A stretch of 64,000 bases of DNA from Octopus vulgaris (lineage: Eukaryota): NCBI GenBank assembly GCA_951406725.2, contig OX597837.1, forward strand, positions 14,756,001 to 14,820,000. The letters run 5' to 3'. The translations under genes and the position numbers were made by a program. Of this stretch, positions 37,750 to 50,125 are shown in pieces (the first letter of the stretch is position 1; every line of letters begins with the position of its first letter). The notes beneath the pieces are model-generated. The model was not told where the DNA came from. It saw only the letters and a program-made list of their open reading frames with translations, and made no database searches.

Positions 37750-40700
37750 TTGGTTGTTTTCTTAAAACAATGCAGTTAAGAAGAGTCGACCAAGGTGCCT
37801 CTTCGTAGTCGCTCGATCTGCTAGAAATAGCAGCTTAATCACCCTCAATTTACAAGGACTTCAGAATATAAAAGTGAAATGAATGCATGTATTTATGTTA
37901 TGTTTCCAGTTTGTATAACACGGTTTTATATCTTTCTGGTTTAAATTATTTCGTCTTGGACATATTTTCCAGGAAGGCCATAAATTAGCCAATATTTCGG
38001 TTTCCTCTCACAAACTGAAAATGATGGACATAATGGTTTTAGCAAAGAAAAATTTTTTAAGTTTTTTTTTTTCGGGAGATTACACGTATAAAAATATGGA
38101 GGGTTCTTTTTTTTTTTTTTGTGAGGGCTTTTTTTTATATTTCAAGCTGCATTTTCGTAAAATTACGGCGCTTAAAACCGAGACAACTGAAGAAATTATA
38201 GTTTTGGGCGCACTGGATAAATTCTATTCTTTAGAAACCCCCAAAGGCGGTCTCCAGTTTGCCTTCGTTTGGATGTTTATTCAAAGCACAAGGCAAATCA
38301 AGCTTGTTGCAGGTAAGATATAAGGAAGTTTGCCTCACCTGCCAGAGCTACTCAAAACGGAAAGAGATAGAAATAGATACAGCAAAGTATTTTGTCCCAA
38401 CATTATTAGAATTGCGTCAATCCTTCTTCCAAATAAGGCAAGTACATTATTTTATAAACAGACGAAAGACAAAGGTGGAATTTGAACTCTGAACGTAATG
38501 ATCTAGAACAAAGAGGCTGATATACACACAATTATACACACCTGTACATACAAATATGTTCTGTTACTCACCCAAGGGATTGGTTGTCGAAGACCACTTG
38601 GAGAAACTTGTAAAATTTAAGACAGCCTTTGTTGTCCAGTCTAAATAGTGTCTTGAATTAGACTGTGTTTTAAAAATATAACTTGATTACTACCATTGTT
38701 TAGAGCCCCTATTAATTACTGGTACCGCTCACAGCTGCTCTGTGTGTCGTTCATTCTCCAGTCTTTATTTTCGACCAGCTGTTATTTTCATATTGCGCGG
38801 AACAATGCTTTCAATAAATACAACATTTCTTTGTCAAAAACTACAGAAGCCAACCTAATAATACTGCGCTTTCTTTCTTTCGCTTTATTCATTTTATATA
38901 CACCTCTTATAACTTATCCACTGGCTGCATATAGAATAGACGATCATATAAAAAAAAGTATGACTGTTGTTAAAATCGAATGTAAACCGTCTGCTATGTC
39001 CGTTGAACCACATTATTAGAGAGAAGTCGAGGATTTGCAGAAGTCGGGAAAGAAAACACAGACGAAGTTTGTCAGAGTTTAACATCATTTACAACCCTAC
39101 TACTCTTTATACACCGGTGGTTTTCAACCAGGGTCTACTCAGCCCTTGTTGGGGAGGGTCCATATACGATATTTTTTTTTATTTTATTTTATGAGCCATA
39201 AATTATACTTTACGATGCACCAAATATTTTAACAATCTTTTGAACTACAATCCCCAATAATATTTGCTAATAAAAATATAAGATTTTTTTAGGCATCAAA
39301 TGGCTGGAATAAAATGAGAATTAAAGGGGACCATAGATAGCAAATGGTTGAGAAGTCTTTATACAATTAGAAGTACCATATAATCTCGTACTTCTAATGT
39401 TCTTTGTATAGGTATGTGCACAGTCTCGTTTACACTTCTTTCTATGTAGGCCTGCTCACCACACAATTCCATTTACCCTTCTGCTATTGTGTTCATATAA
39501 ATAAGGACATGCAATCTTGTTTAGGCCTCTGGGGCTATTCATAAATGTTTGGGCATCATAAAATCTCAGATTCCCATCAAATGTTGGAGGTCTCCCTCTT
39601 GTGTTGGCTCATTTCGTCCACCTGTTATACTGAGGCCATCCTGGGGCTCTGCCTTGAAGGGCTTAGTCGACCGAATCAACCCTGGCACTTATTCAATCAG
39701 TCTCTTTTGCCCAACTGCACAGGAACATAAACAAACCAATACAGGTTGTGAAGCACTTGCAGAGGACAAACACACACACACATATATATACATATATACG
39801 ACAGGCTTCCTCACAGTTTCCATCTACCAAATTCACTCACAAGGCATTGGTTGTAAATAAGTCAACCAAAGAGAACGGGGAACCACTGCCTGTGTCTTTC
39901 CCAAGAAAAATCATGAATCTTTGAACTTTGACTTTCAGGTCCATAACTACTACCCACACCTGTAAAACAGGTATGGCACCTGAAAAGAGAGAGAGAGAGA
40001 GAATGGTAATAATTATGTGGCTGAGAGTGCTTTGAATCTGTTCTTGCTTAAACAAGATTATTATGTATATGAAAAGGAATATATTTATGTCCAAATTGTT
40101 TGCTTATTGTTATCAGTGTTATTGCCAGCAGGTCTTTTGCTACTATCAGTAAAGTGCCTATATATACATATATATACACATATATATATTGTTATACATT
40201 GTGTTTGTGTTAAGCAACTAAAAACTCATTATCGTTTGTGTCATAATGAGATTTTGATTGAGGTTTTCATTTATGACATTTTCGTATAAGACAGTCCCAG
40301 GCAGTTATTAAAGTGGTTTCTTTATAATAAAGCAATTACATTGTTGGTGGGATTCAACAAATAATTAAAACTCTCATCTAATTGGGTTATATAATTGTTT
40401 GTCAGTTATTTCCCGTTTACATGTCCCTATGTGAAGGTGTGTGACCCAGCGTTAGGGTGTTGGCCTTGTGATCGCAAGATCGTGGTTTCAATTCCCGAAC
40501 CAGCAGCACATTGTGTTCTTGAGCAAAGGACCTTGTTTCCTGTTGCTCTGTGACCACTTTTGACACCTGATGTGTGGCACACTGTGCCTCTGTACAAGCA
40601 ATATTGATTTGCAGGAAGTGAGCATATATACTGCACAAACATTTGATTGCTAGAAACAAATCACCTGTGCAGCTTCTTCAGCAAGAGATTCCCAAACCCT

Positions 40701-41596
40701 CATCTGTCATCCATGGCAGGAGAGTCCATCACCATCATTTAATATCCGTTGTCCATGCTGGCAAGGGTTGGATGGTTTGACAGGGGCTGACAAGCTCAGG
40801 AGCTGCACCAGACTCCAGTTCTGATTTGGCAAGGTTTTTACATCTGGATGCCCTTCCTAATACCAACCTCTTTACAGAGTGGCACTGGGCACTTTTACGT
40901 AGCATATAGATATATGTATGTGTGTGTATATATGTATATGTGTGTATGTATATATATGTACATATTCATGTGTATGAATGTGTGTGTATGTATGTATGTA
41001 TATATATATATATATACATACATACACACAGTAATCCCATGCTATATTACAGTTCACCTATTGCAGTTTATTATTTAAGCTTATGTCGATTCCTCCATGG
41101 TGTTGTTTTGCATTTATAATAGAACAAATATTTACAAATCATAAAAAATAATAAAATATATATATATATACAAATATACAAATTATAAAAAAAAATAAAA
41201 TATATATATACAAATTATAATTATCTTAAGGAAGCAAGGGTGGGAATGACCTGTCTCCAGCATGCTCCAAGTGCCGATAGAAATTTTGATAGGATGCTGA
41301 CTACTTGATTAATGAATTTTTATCCTTATATTCTATTATGAATTAATAAATAAATAAATATACTCTCTCTTTTACTTGTTTCAGTCATTTGACTGCGGCC
41401 ATGCTGGAGCACCACCTTTTTTTTTTTTTTTTTAATCAAGCAACTCGACCCCGGGATTTATTCTTTTATAAGCCCAGTACTTATTCTATCGGTCTCTTTT
41501 TGCCAAACCGCTAAGTAACGGGGACATAAACACACCAGCATCGGTTGTCAAGCGATGTTGGGGGACAAACACAAACACACAAACACACACACGCAT

Positions 41597-42992
41597 TTCG
41601 AGACCTTTTGGTCCATAGCTCCTTCCCTGACCCTACCTCCCAACCCGGCTCGTTCCCCTGCTCCCGCCCACGTTGCCGCACTTGCCCTTACCTCTCCAAC
41701 ACCACCCGCCTCACTAGCACCCACCATCGACCCTATCCCATCATCCACTCCTTCACCTGCACCTCCAGCAATATTATCTATTGCATCTCTTGCTCTCTCT
41801 GCAATTCCTTGTACATCGGACAAACGGGACGCCGCTTGGCTGACCGGTTCGCGGAACACCTTCGTGACATCCACCTTGCGAACGACACACCGGTCTCACG
41901 CCATTTCCGCTCCACCGGTCACTCCTTGCAACACCTATCTGTGTTCGGTTTGTCCTTACACAGAGGCCATCCGGATTCCCGTTTGCGCCGTGAACAGGAA
42001 TTAATCTTCTCTCTTCACTCTTATACGCCATTTGGTCTCAACTCTCCCCCCTCCTCATCTAACCCCCTCTCCCCCTCCTCACCTATCCTTTCCCCCGACC
42101 CCTACTTCTTCAGTCCTTCATCCTTTCACCCCTACTCCCCTTCCCTTCTTCCCTCTTTCTCCCTCCCTCTTCCCCTTCCCTCTGCTCCCTCTCTCCCCTT
42201 CTCTCTCTCCCTCTTCCTCTTTCCTCCTTCATCCCCCTCCTCCCCCATCCTCTCCTCTTCCCCCTCTCCTCCCCCTCTTCTTCCCCTCCCCTTCTCTCCC
42301 CTCTTCTCCCCCTCCCCTCTTCTCCTCACTACACCACATGACTTTACACATCACATCACATATGATGTGCCATACTAATACACACACCAACTAATACATA
42401 CTAATACGTACTAATACATACTAGTACATACTAATACATACACCAACCCTATACATACACACGTCCAGACCCCGCATACGCACTTATACTCTCTCATACA
42501 CACACACACTTATACATACCAATACGTACTAATACATACACCAACCCCATACATACGCACGTCCAGACCAATCCTACGCACTAATACTCTCTCATACACA
42601 CACACACACACACACACACACCCTTATACATACTAATACATACACCAACCCTATACATACACACATCCAGACCCCTCCTACGCACTATTAGCTGGTCCCT
42701 CAACCCTTTTATCAACCCTATTATCTCCCCTTATTTCGCTCTCGCGTCTCATGTTTGATCTTTGACCTCTGGCCGAAATCAGATCGCCATGTTGATTCAT
42801 TAGCTACTGCACGCATTTTTTTCTCTCCTTCTTTCTGTGTTTTTCTCTCTCTGTGTATCTTTCTGTTGAAGAGCGTAGGCTCGAAACGTTAAAGACTTGT
42901 TTTATTTATATTTCCTGAGCGCCATACTAATACAATTGTTCGTTTGTTTTCCACCTGCCTTCGCCTTTTGTTTATTTTCATAAAGCTTCCCG
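41597..42992 (+). mobile_element. 5'-truncated Penelope-like element (Neptune-type): Cys-rich linker, GIY-YIG endonuclease and pseudo-LTR
   Basis: Uninterrupted PCSRPRCRTC...NIIYCISC..C..LYIGQTGR.L..RF.EH...RE...GLN. Then a polypyrimidine tract, three ~100-bp direct repeats and a hammerhead-like motif. Confidence 0.9.
42858..42895 (+). ncRNA. Minimal type I hammerhead ribozyme-like motif (variant core) in the Penelope pseudo-LTR
   Basis: TCTTT-CTGTTGA-A-GAGC-gtag-GCTC-GAAA-C-GT-T-AAAGA: stems I and II pair, and stem III is the palindrome AACGTT. Confidence 0.6.
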
Positions 42993-43190
42993 TTATATAT
43001 ATATATATATATATACATATATATACAACGGGCTTCTTTTCAGTTTCCGTCTACCAAATCCACTCACAAGGCTTTGGTCGGCCCGAGGCTATAGTAGAAG
43101 ACACTTGCCCAAGGTGCCACACAGTGGGACTGAACCCGGAACCATGTGGTTGGTAAACAAGCTACTTACCACACAGCCACTCAAAATATA

Positions 43191-43272
43191 CAGTAACGTT
43201 TCTACTTTGCGGGTTTTCGCCTATCGCTGGGGCTTTTGGAACATAACACCCACGATAGTCGAAGGATTACTG
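43191..43272. mobile_element. Tigger/pogo-like mini-MITE
   Basis: TA|CAGTAA...GATAGTCGAAGGATTACTG|TA; a related end fragment lies near 41030. Confidence 0.55.
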
Positions 43273-44129
43273 TATATGCACACACACACACACACAATGG
43301 GCTTCTTTCAGTTTCTGTCCACCAAATCCACTCACAAGGCATTGGTTGGCCCAGAGCTATAGTAAAAAAAAAAAACATTTCCCAAAGTACCATGCAGTGG
43401 GACTGAACCCAAGACGACATGGTTGATAAACAAGCTCCTCAACCACACAGCCACAGCTGCACCTTTCTTAATAAAAACTGGACATTCTTTTCCTTCATAT
43501 TCCTCACACATTCCTCCCATGGCCTTCTGGTTGAAATACGACTCCTAGTTGACAGTATTACTCATTAGTCAATCACTTTAGTCAGTCTACAAAACCTCAA
43601 CAGTTAAATGTGATTCTAACAACAACAACGACAACAACAACAGGAAGACTGTTGTTTGTTGATGTATGTCATATTTTATGTTTGTTGAGGCTTTTGTTGT
43701 TCGTTTTTGAACAGGCTTTAAATTATGCTGCCATGAATTTCAATTTTATGCATTTATTATTTGTAGATATGTACCCGGGTACTCACCTTGATTGTGTGTG
43801 CCTGTGGGCGTTGACATTTGTAAAACAATTTGTTAAAGAGAAGACTGTCAGGAGAGAAATGAAATAAAATATAATTTGTATGTGGTTTGTTATACAAGGT
43901 GTAAACTGAATTGGTAAGATCTGGGAAAATCCGTCTTTGTGTGTTTGTGTATGTGTGAGAGAGAGAGAGAGAGATCCTTGCACAGGGGCCATGCTTATTT
44001 CTGTACTGTTCCAGTTTTAGTATGTGTGTTACTGAAACAATATAATTGTGTGTACAAATAATATAACTCAAAGGTGATGTAGAAGAATGAACAGAGTTGG
44101 TATTAGGAAGTAAATGTCCTTATATTTCA

Positions 44130-44161
<32 letters not shown>

Positions 44162-47034
44162 AATATGTGTGTGTGACGTCAACCTAATATATTTCATGTG
44201 CACGTCTTTTTGTTGTTTTGTTATTGTTATTGTTATTTTTAATGTTCGATTATTCGATTAGACTATATATATATTTGACTTGACTAACATATTTATATAT
44301 ATGTATATATATATATATGGTTTGACTAATATATATATATATATATGTATGTATATATTTGGTTTGACTAATATATATATATATATATATATTTGGTTGA
44401 CTAATATATATATATTTGTTGTCGATTAGTCAGAGGAAGAGTAGTGTTGCCATACCCATGACATTTTTGTAGTTCCACTGTGATTGGTGGGTGGAAGAGG
44501 AAGAAAGGAAGGAATCCCTGAGTCAGTGGTTATGTCATCCAACTCTGAACCTTTTTTAAATGCTTATATTTCGGAGTGGACTCCTTCCTGTCAGAGGCAA
44601 ACGAAAGCAAGGCCCTGGTGTTCAAATCGACAGAGGAAATCAAACAACGGAAATGTATTCAACTCATCTGATTTCGGGTCTGATTTAGGCACAAAGTCAG
44701 CAATATCTGGAGGAAGAGTTTAGGGTGTTGAGGTCAGTTAAACCGCCCCCCACTACTTACTGGTCCTTTGTTTCATTTTATTAACCCTGGAGGGATAAAA
44801 GGCAAAGTTGATCTCCATGGGATTTGAACTCAGAACATAGAACTTCGGAACAAATACCACAAAATATTTTACCCAACACTTTAATACTCCTGCTCCCATC
44901 TGCTACTAATACGAAAGTCTGTTTTAAGGATTAAGGTAAAAACTGATTTCTTTTTATTTTTATTTATTTTTTAATCTGTTATAGCAAGAGTGAAGGTCTG
45001 TGGCCCGGTGGTTAGGGTGCTATACTCACGATCATGAGATCACAGTTCCAGGACAGGGCAGTACATTAGGTTCTTGAGCAAGATACTTCACTTTTCACAT
45101 TGCTTCAGTCCACTGAAGCAGCAATAGCTCGAAAGTTAACCCTGCCTTGGACTGGCATCTCCATTCAGATGGGGAGTGTTGTTATCTCAGTCACCATGGA
45201 AACCAGGTTTTCTTTCTGATATTATGAGTCCTGGGGTTCAGATCTGAGTAAAAAAGTAAAACAGGAAACTTAACCATCCAGCTATTTCCTGATCTGAACA
45301 ATTCTTTTGATAAGGTTTTTTTGGTACAAGTTTGGCTCTGCTTGGAATTTTTATCCGTGTCTAATTGACCGCTTCGTTATCATTTGTGTATCAGCTGCTG
45401 CTTTTGTTTAACCCCGAGTCAACTCTCTTTTAGCAAATCTATTATCAAAGTGTTCTAAAGATAGCGTTCCTCCCCCTCCACTATCACACACACACACAAA
45501 ACCAATGTGTTGTGAGTGAACGACAGAAACCGCGTGGAAGTCCATGTGTGTGTCTTTGTGTCAGTGTCTGTCCTCGCTCTTGCTTGTCAACCAGTGTTGG
45601 TTTGTTTACATCCCCGTAACTCAGCAATTTGGCTACAAACTGATATGAATAAATGCCATGCCTACAAAGTAAGTTCTAACATCAGTTTGCTCAACTAAAA
45701 GCCTTCTGAGGTGGTGCTCCAGCATGGCTGCAATCCAATGACTGAAAACAAGTAAATGGTCAAAAACAAGGCGCCATCCTTATTAACGCTGTAAGTCCTT
45801 CTCAATCAAAAGGGATCGCTGTCTTGTGAGCTGCGTGGGAACCTCACTACTTCTGGGACCAGGAAAAAAGCAGCCAAGTACATTCTGTAAAATGGTTGGC
45901 ACCAGATTATAGGGACCCTGCTAAAGGAGGCATTGAAGCATGACCCAATCTTCAGATCCTGTCAAACCATCACATTCATGCCAGCATGGAACATGGACAT
46001 TAAAAGATAATGATACTTGTGTGTGTAGGCGCAGGAGTTGCTGTGTGGTGAGGGATTGCTATATATATATATATATATATTTCTTTACTACCCACAAAGG
46101 ACTAAATATAGAGAGGACAGACAAATGGATTAAGTCAATTACATCGACCCCAGTGCGTAACTGATACTTAATTAATCGACCCCGAAAGGATGAAAGGCAA
46201 AGTCGACCTCGGCGGAATTTGAACTCAGAACGTAACGGCAGACGAAATATGGCTACGCATTTCGCCCGGCGTGCTAACAATTCTGCCATACACACACACA
46301 CACTCATACATACTGGGTGACACATGAGAACGTGGCCTGCGTTCTGGAGCACAGTTGAAGCCATATCATTTCACATGTGCACAGCAATTTAAGATCGATG
46401 ACGAGATAACCAGTGAATTACTGCACATGGCTTGCATCTAAATAGCAGTCAAAATCACTCACTGACACCTGCAGACGAACGGCTGGGTGCTTTTTCAGGT
46501 GTGTAACTATATTTTTGTGTTTACACCATGCTACGGAAACCAGACTACTTTTTCATGCACTACCCTGTAAATATAGACTTATATGTCATCCATTGTCCAT
46601 GCTGGCATGGGTTGATACACACACACAACAACATATTTACTGATCATCATCATCATCATCATCATTTAACGTCTGCTTTCCATGCTAGCATGGGTCGGAC
46701 GATTTGACTGAGGTCTGGCAAACCAGGCTCCAGTCTGATCTGGCAGAGTTTCTACAGCTGGATGCCCTTCCTAACGCCAACCACTCCGAGAGTGTAGTGG
46801 GTGCTTTTTACGTGCCACCGGCACGAGGGCCAGTTTGGTGGTACTGGCAACAGCCACGCCCAAATGGTGCTTTTTATGTGCCACCTGCACAGGAGTCAGT
46901 CCAGCAGCACTGGAGAATGATATTCTAGTATAATACAATCCACACTTTTTGTAGCTAACACTCAGTGCATCCATAGTTATATGCAATGTAAACAAAACAT
47001 CTTTTTTTCCTTGTTTGCATCCATATATTATATT

Positions 47035-47096
47035 CAAAAGTGAAAATGGGTACAATTTTTCACTACAAAAGTGAAAATGGGTACAATTTTTCACTA
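47035..47096. repeat. Perfect 31-bp tandem duplication
   Basis: CAAAAGTGAAAATGGGTACAATTTTTCACTA twice. Confidence 0.9.
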
Positions 47097-47789
47097 GTGT
47101 AACTTTTTGCACTTTAGGCTGTAGTCTTTTAAATGAAATAATCACCTTGAAACAATAAGTCAGTGAAACAACCACACCGCCAACCATTGTATGTGTTAGC
47201 TACGCCCACAATGTTTCATAGCCACAGACAATGGACCGTGTATATTAGTAGTTAGGCATCTCAGGCTTCCTACTTTCCCTAGCTTCATTTTTCACAGATT
47301 TATTGTTTGTGGTTTTCTCTCTCTCTTTCTTTCTTTTCATTTTTCTCCACCACCACCACCCCTTCCTGCCCTATAGACTATATTGCTCTCCAATTTTGAT
47401 TGTAATACTTTTCATTTTTTTCTCTGTTTGAGAGGTACAACAGACGTGTGATTATTATGTCACAAGATGAATTCTTGAAGCTGAGCCAATTGGCAGGAAA
47501 CCTAAGGTCGGACGCTGAAAGAGAGAGTTGGATTTAATATCCATAGCAACTGTTAGTCAGAAAGTCTAATGATGGTTGCTTCTGATAGGACCCTAGATAG
47601 AGCAAGTGGGTGTTGAGAACCCTATTGCCATGAGAACGCTCCCAGGATTAGTGGGCAAAAAAGATGGGCAGATGAGTGTCTTTGTCTTTTTATAGTAAAT
47701 TTCTCACATTTTGCACTACAAAAATATGGGGTATAAATATTATTCCTGGGGGTGGCAAGCTAATAGGAACTTGGTCAGGCCACTTAGAA

Positions 47790-47962
47790 TACAGAAGTAA
47801 AGAAGTGCTGATCTCTCAAAGTAGATGGAATATGTGGAAGAGGGAAACCCAGGAAGACATGAGATGGAGTACTCAAGGATGACCTCAGGATGTTGAACCT
47901 TTTATACGATAAGACAAAGAACTGGAATACCTGGCCCCTTGCGGCACTCAAGAAGACCCTGT
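47790..47962 (+). mobile_element. RTE LINE 3' remnant
   Basis: Manual translation VKKC*SLKVDGICGRGKPRKT*DGVLKDDLRMLNL. Confidence 0.6.
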
Positions 47963-48472
47963 CCTCCACAGTAGTAGCGTTAAGGCCAGTTACCCTGGTG
48001 GAGGGGATTGGCCAGCAAGAGTGTTGTTCCAGTGCCACTTAAAAGCACCCAGCACACTCTGTGAAGTGGTTGGCATTAGGAAAGGCATCCAGCCATAGAA
48101 AACCCATGCCAAATCAGAATAGAGCCTGGTGCAGCTCCCCAGCTTGCTAGCCCTGGTCAAACTGTCCAACCCATGCCAGCATGGGCAATGGACATTAAAT
48201 GGTGATGATGATGATGTAGTGTTTGGCAGGTGATGGTGTCTGTGCCAGTTAGAAATTATTTATAAAGTTTGCGAATTTGGATAAATTGATTTAGGCACAG
48301 GCATGGCTGTGTGGTTAAGAAGCTCAGTTTGCAACGGTGTGGTTTGGGGTTCAGTCCCACTGCACAACTCCTTGGGCAAGTGTCTCCTACTACAGCCCTG
48401 CAACAACCAATATGTTATGAATGAATTTGGTAGACTGAAACTGTGTGGAAGCCTGTTTGTATATATAATAAT

Positions 48473-48580
<108 letters not shown>

Positions 48581-49305
48581 CTCGTTTTTCCAACGTTCAC
48601 CATTTCACCTCGTTATGGCTTAACAGCCCTCACTGTTTGTTTTTACTGTTTTGTTCTTACTGTCCTGTTTTAAGCACCATCCGAATCGTGGCCGATGCCA
48701 GCGCCGCCTTGACTGGCTTCTGTGCCGGTGGCACGTAAAATGCACCAATCCGATTGTGGCCATTGCCAGCCTCCTCTGGCCCCTGTGCTGGTGGCACTTT
48801 AAAAGCACCCACTACACTCATGGAGTGGTTGGCGTTAGGAAGGGCATCCAGCTGTAGAAACATTGCCAGATCAGACTGGAGCCTGGTGCAGCCTTCTGGC
48901 TTCCCAGACCCCGGTCGAACCGTCCAACCCATGCTAGCATGGAAAGCGGACGTTAAACGATGATGATGATTTACCCCTCCACAAAAAATCCCAAATTTTA
49001 TTTAATTTGCTTTGCGGGAAGGACTGTTTTAACGAAGTCGCATCTTGTCCCTACCTTCGAAACACAGAATAGTTAAAACAGGGGACAACTGATGAAGGGA
49101 ATGTTCTTTATGTTGCCTGCCTTGTTTTTCTATTTGTTTCTTTCATTGTTAAAAAAGAAGTTCGTTTTCTATGTTTTTGTTTTTTAAGTTCTCGTTTCTC
49201 ATTTTGTTCACGTTTTTTTTTACATCCTGTACTCATATATGCATGTATATATACATATATATATGTAGGTATGTACATATATGTATGTATATATGCATAT
49301 ATTTG

Positions 49306-49344
<39 letters not shown>

Positions 49345-49422
49345 TTCCAAACAAGAAAACAAAAAAACACAACACGAAGACGTGGAACAAATATAGTATT
49401 ATTGGACACTCAGGAAAGAAGG

Positions 49423-49462
<40 letters not shown>

Positions 49463-49789
49463 TAGTTAAGTATACACCCTGTACCCAACAGCACGAAAGG
49501 AGCAGGTGTTATTACAATAACAATGATCTAATGAATATTCATAAAGTATTTGGTGGGGCTTTTCGTACAGGATTTAGGTATGATTAAGTTTTCCCCCATA
49601 ATCCACCGGGGCATCCCCCTGCTCACTTTAGCATTTTCCTTTTCTCCTTCTTTTAATCTACAAATCTAGATGCTGGCATCGTTGTGTGGATAAGAAGCTT
49701 GCTTCCCAGTCATGTGGGGGTCTCGTCCCACAGGCAGCCTTTCACTTTTCCTATTCAAAGGGGTTTTACAGCACAATATTTACATGCGC

Positions 49790-50125
49790 TGTCATGCATG
49801 GCTCAGTGGTTAGAGCATCGAGCTTACAATCGTGAGGTTGGGAGTTCGATTCCCGGACCGGGCTGTGTGTTGTGTTCTTGAGCAAGATACTTTATTTCAT
49901 GTTGCTCCAGTTAAATCAGCTGTAGAAATGGGTTGCGACATCACAGGTGCCGAGCTGTATCGGCCCCTTTGCCTTCCCCTTGGATAACATCAGTGGCGTG
50001 GAGAGGGGAGGCCGGTATGCATGGGCGACTGCTGGCCTTCCACAAACAACCTTGCCCAGACTTGTACCTCGGAGGGTAACTGTCTAGGTGCAATCCCATG
50101 GTCATTCATGACTGAAGGGGGTCCC
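49790..50125 (+). mobile_element. Apparently full-length tRNA-derived CORE-type SINE
   Basis: A box TGGCTCAGTGG, B box GTTCGATTC, CORE-like TGTGTTCTTGAGCAAGATACTT; no paired acceptor stem, so not a tRNA gene. Confidence 0.8.

Noticed and set aside
42045-42394. Pro/Ser/Leu-rich extension of the GIY-YIG ORF
   Set aside because: It is read-through into a polypyrimidine low-complexity tract after the normal GLN terminus.
49020-49110. CCTTCGAAAC and CTGATGAAGGG boxes suggesting a permuted hammerhead
   Set aside because: I could not form stem I in the required topology; probably a Penelope pLTR remnant.
49790-49865. tRNA-like sequence with A and B boxes
   Set aside because: Acceptor and anticodon stems do not pair, and it runs into a CORE-type SINE body.
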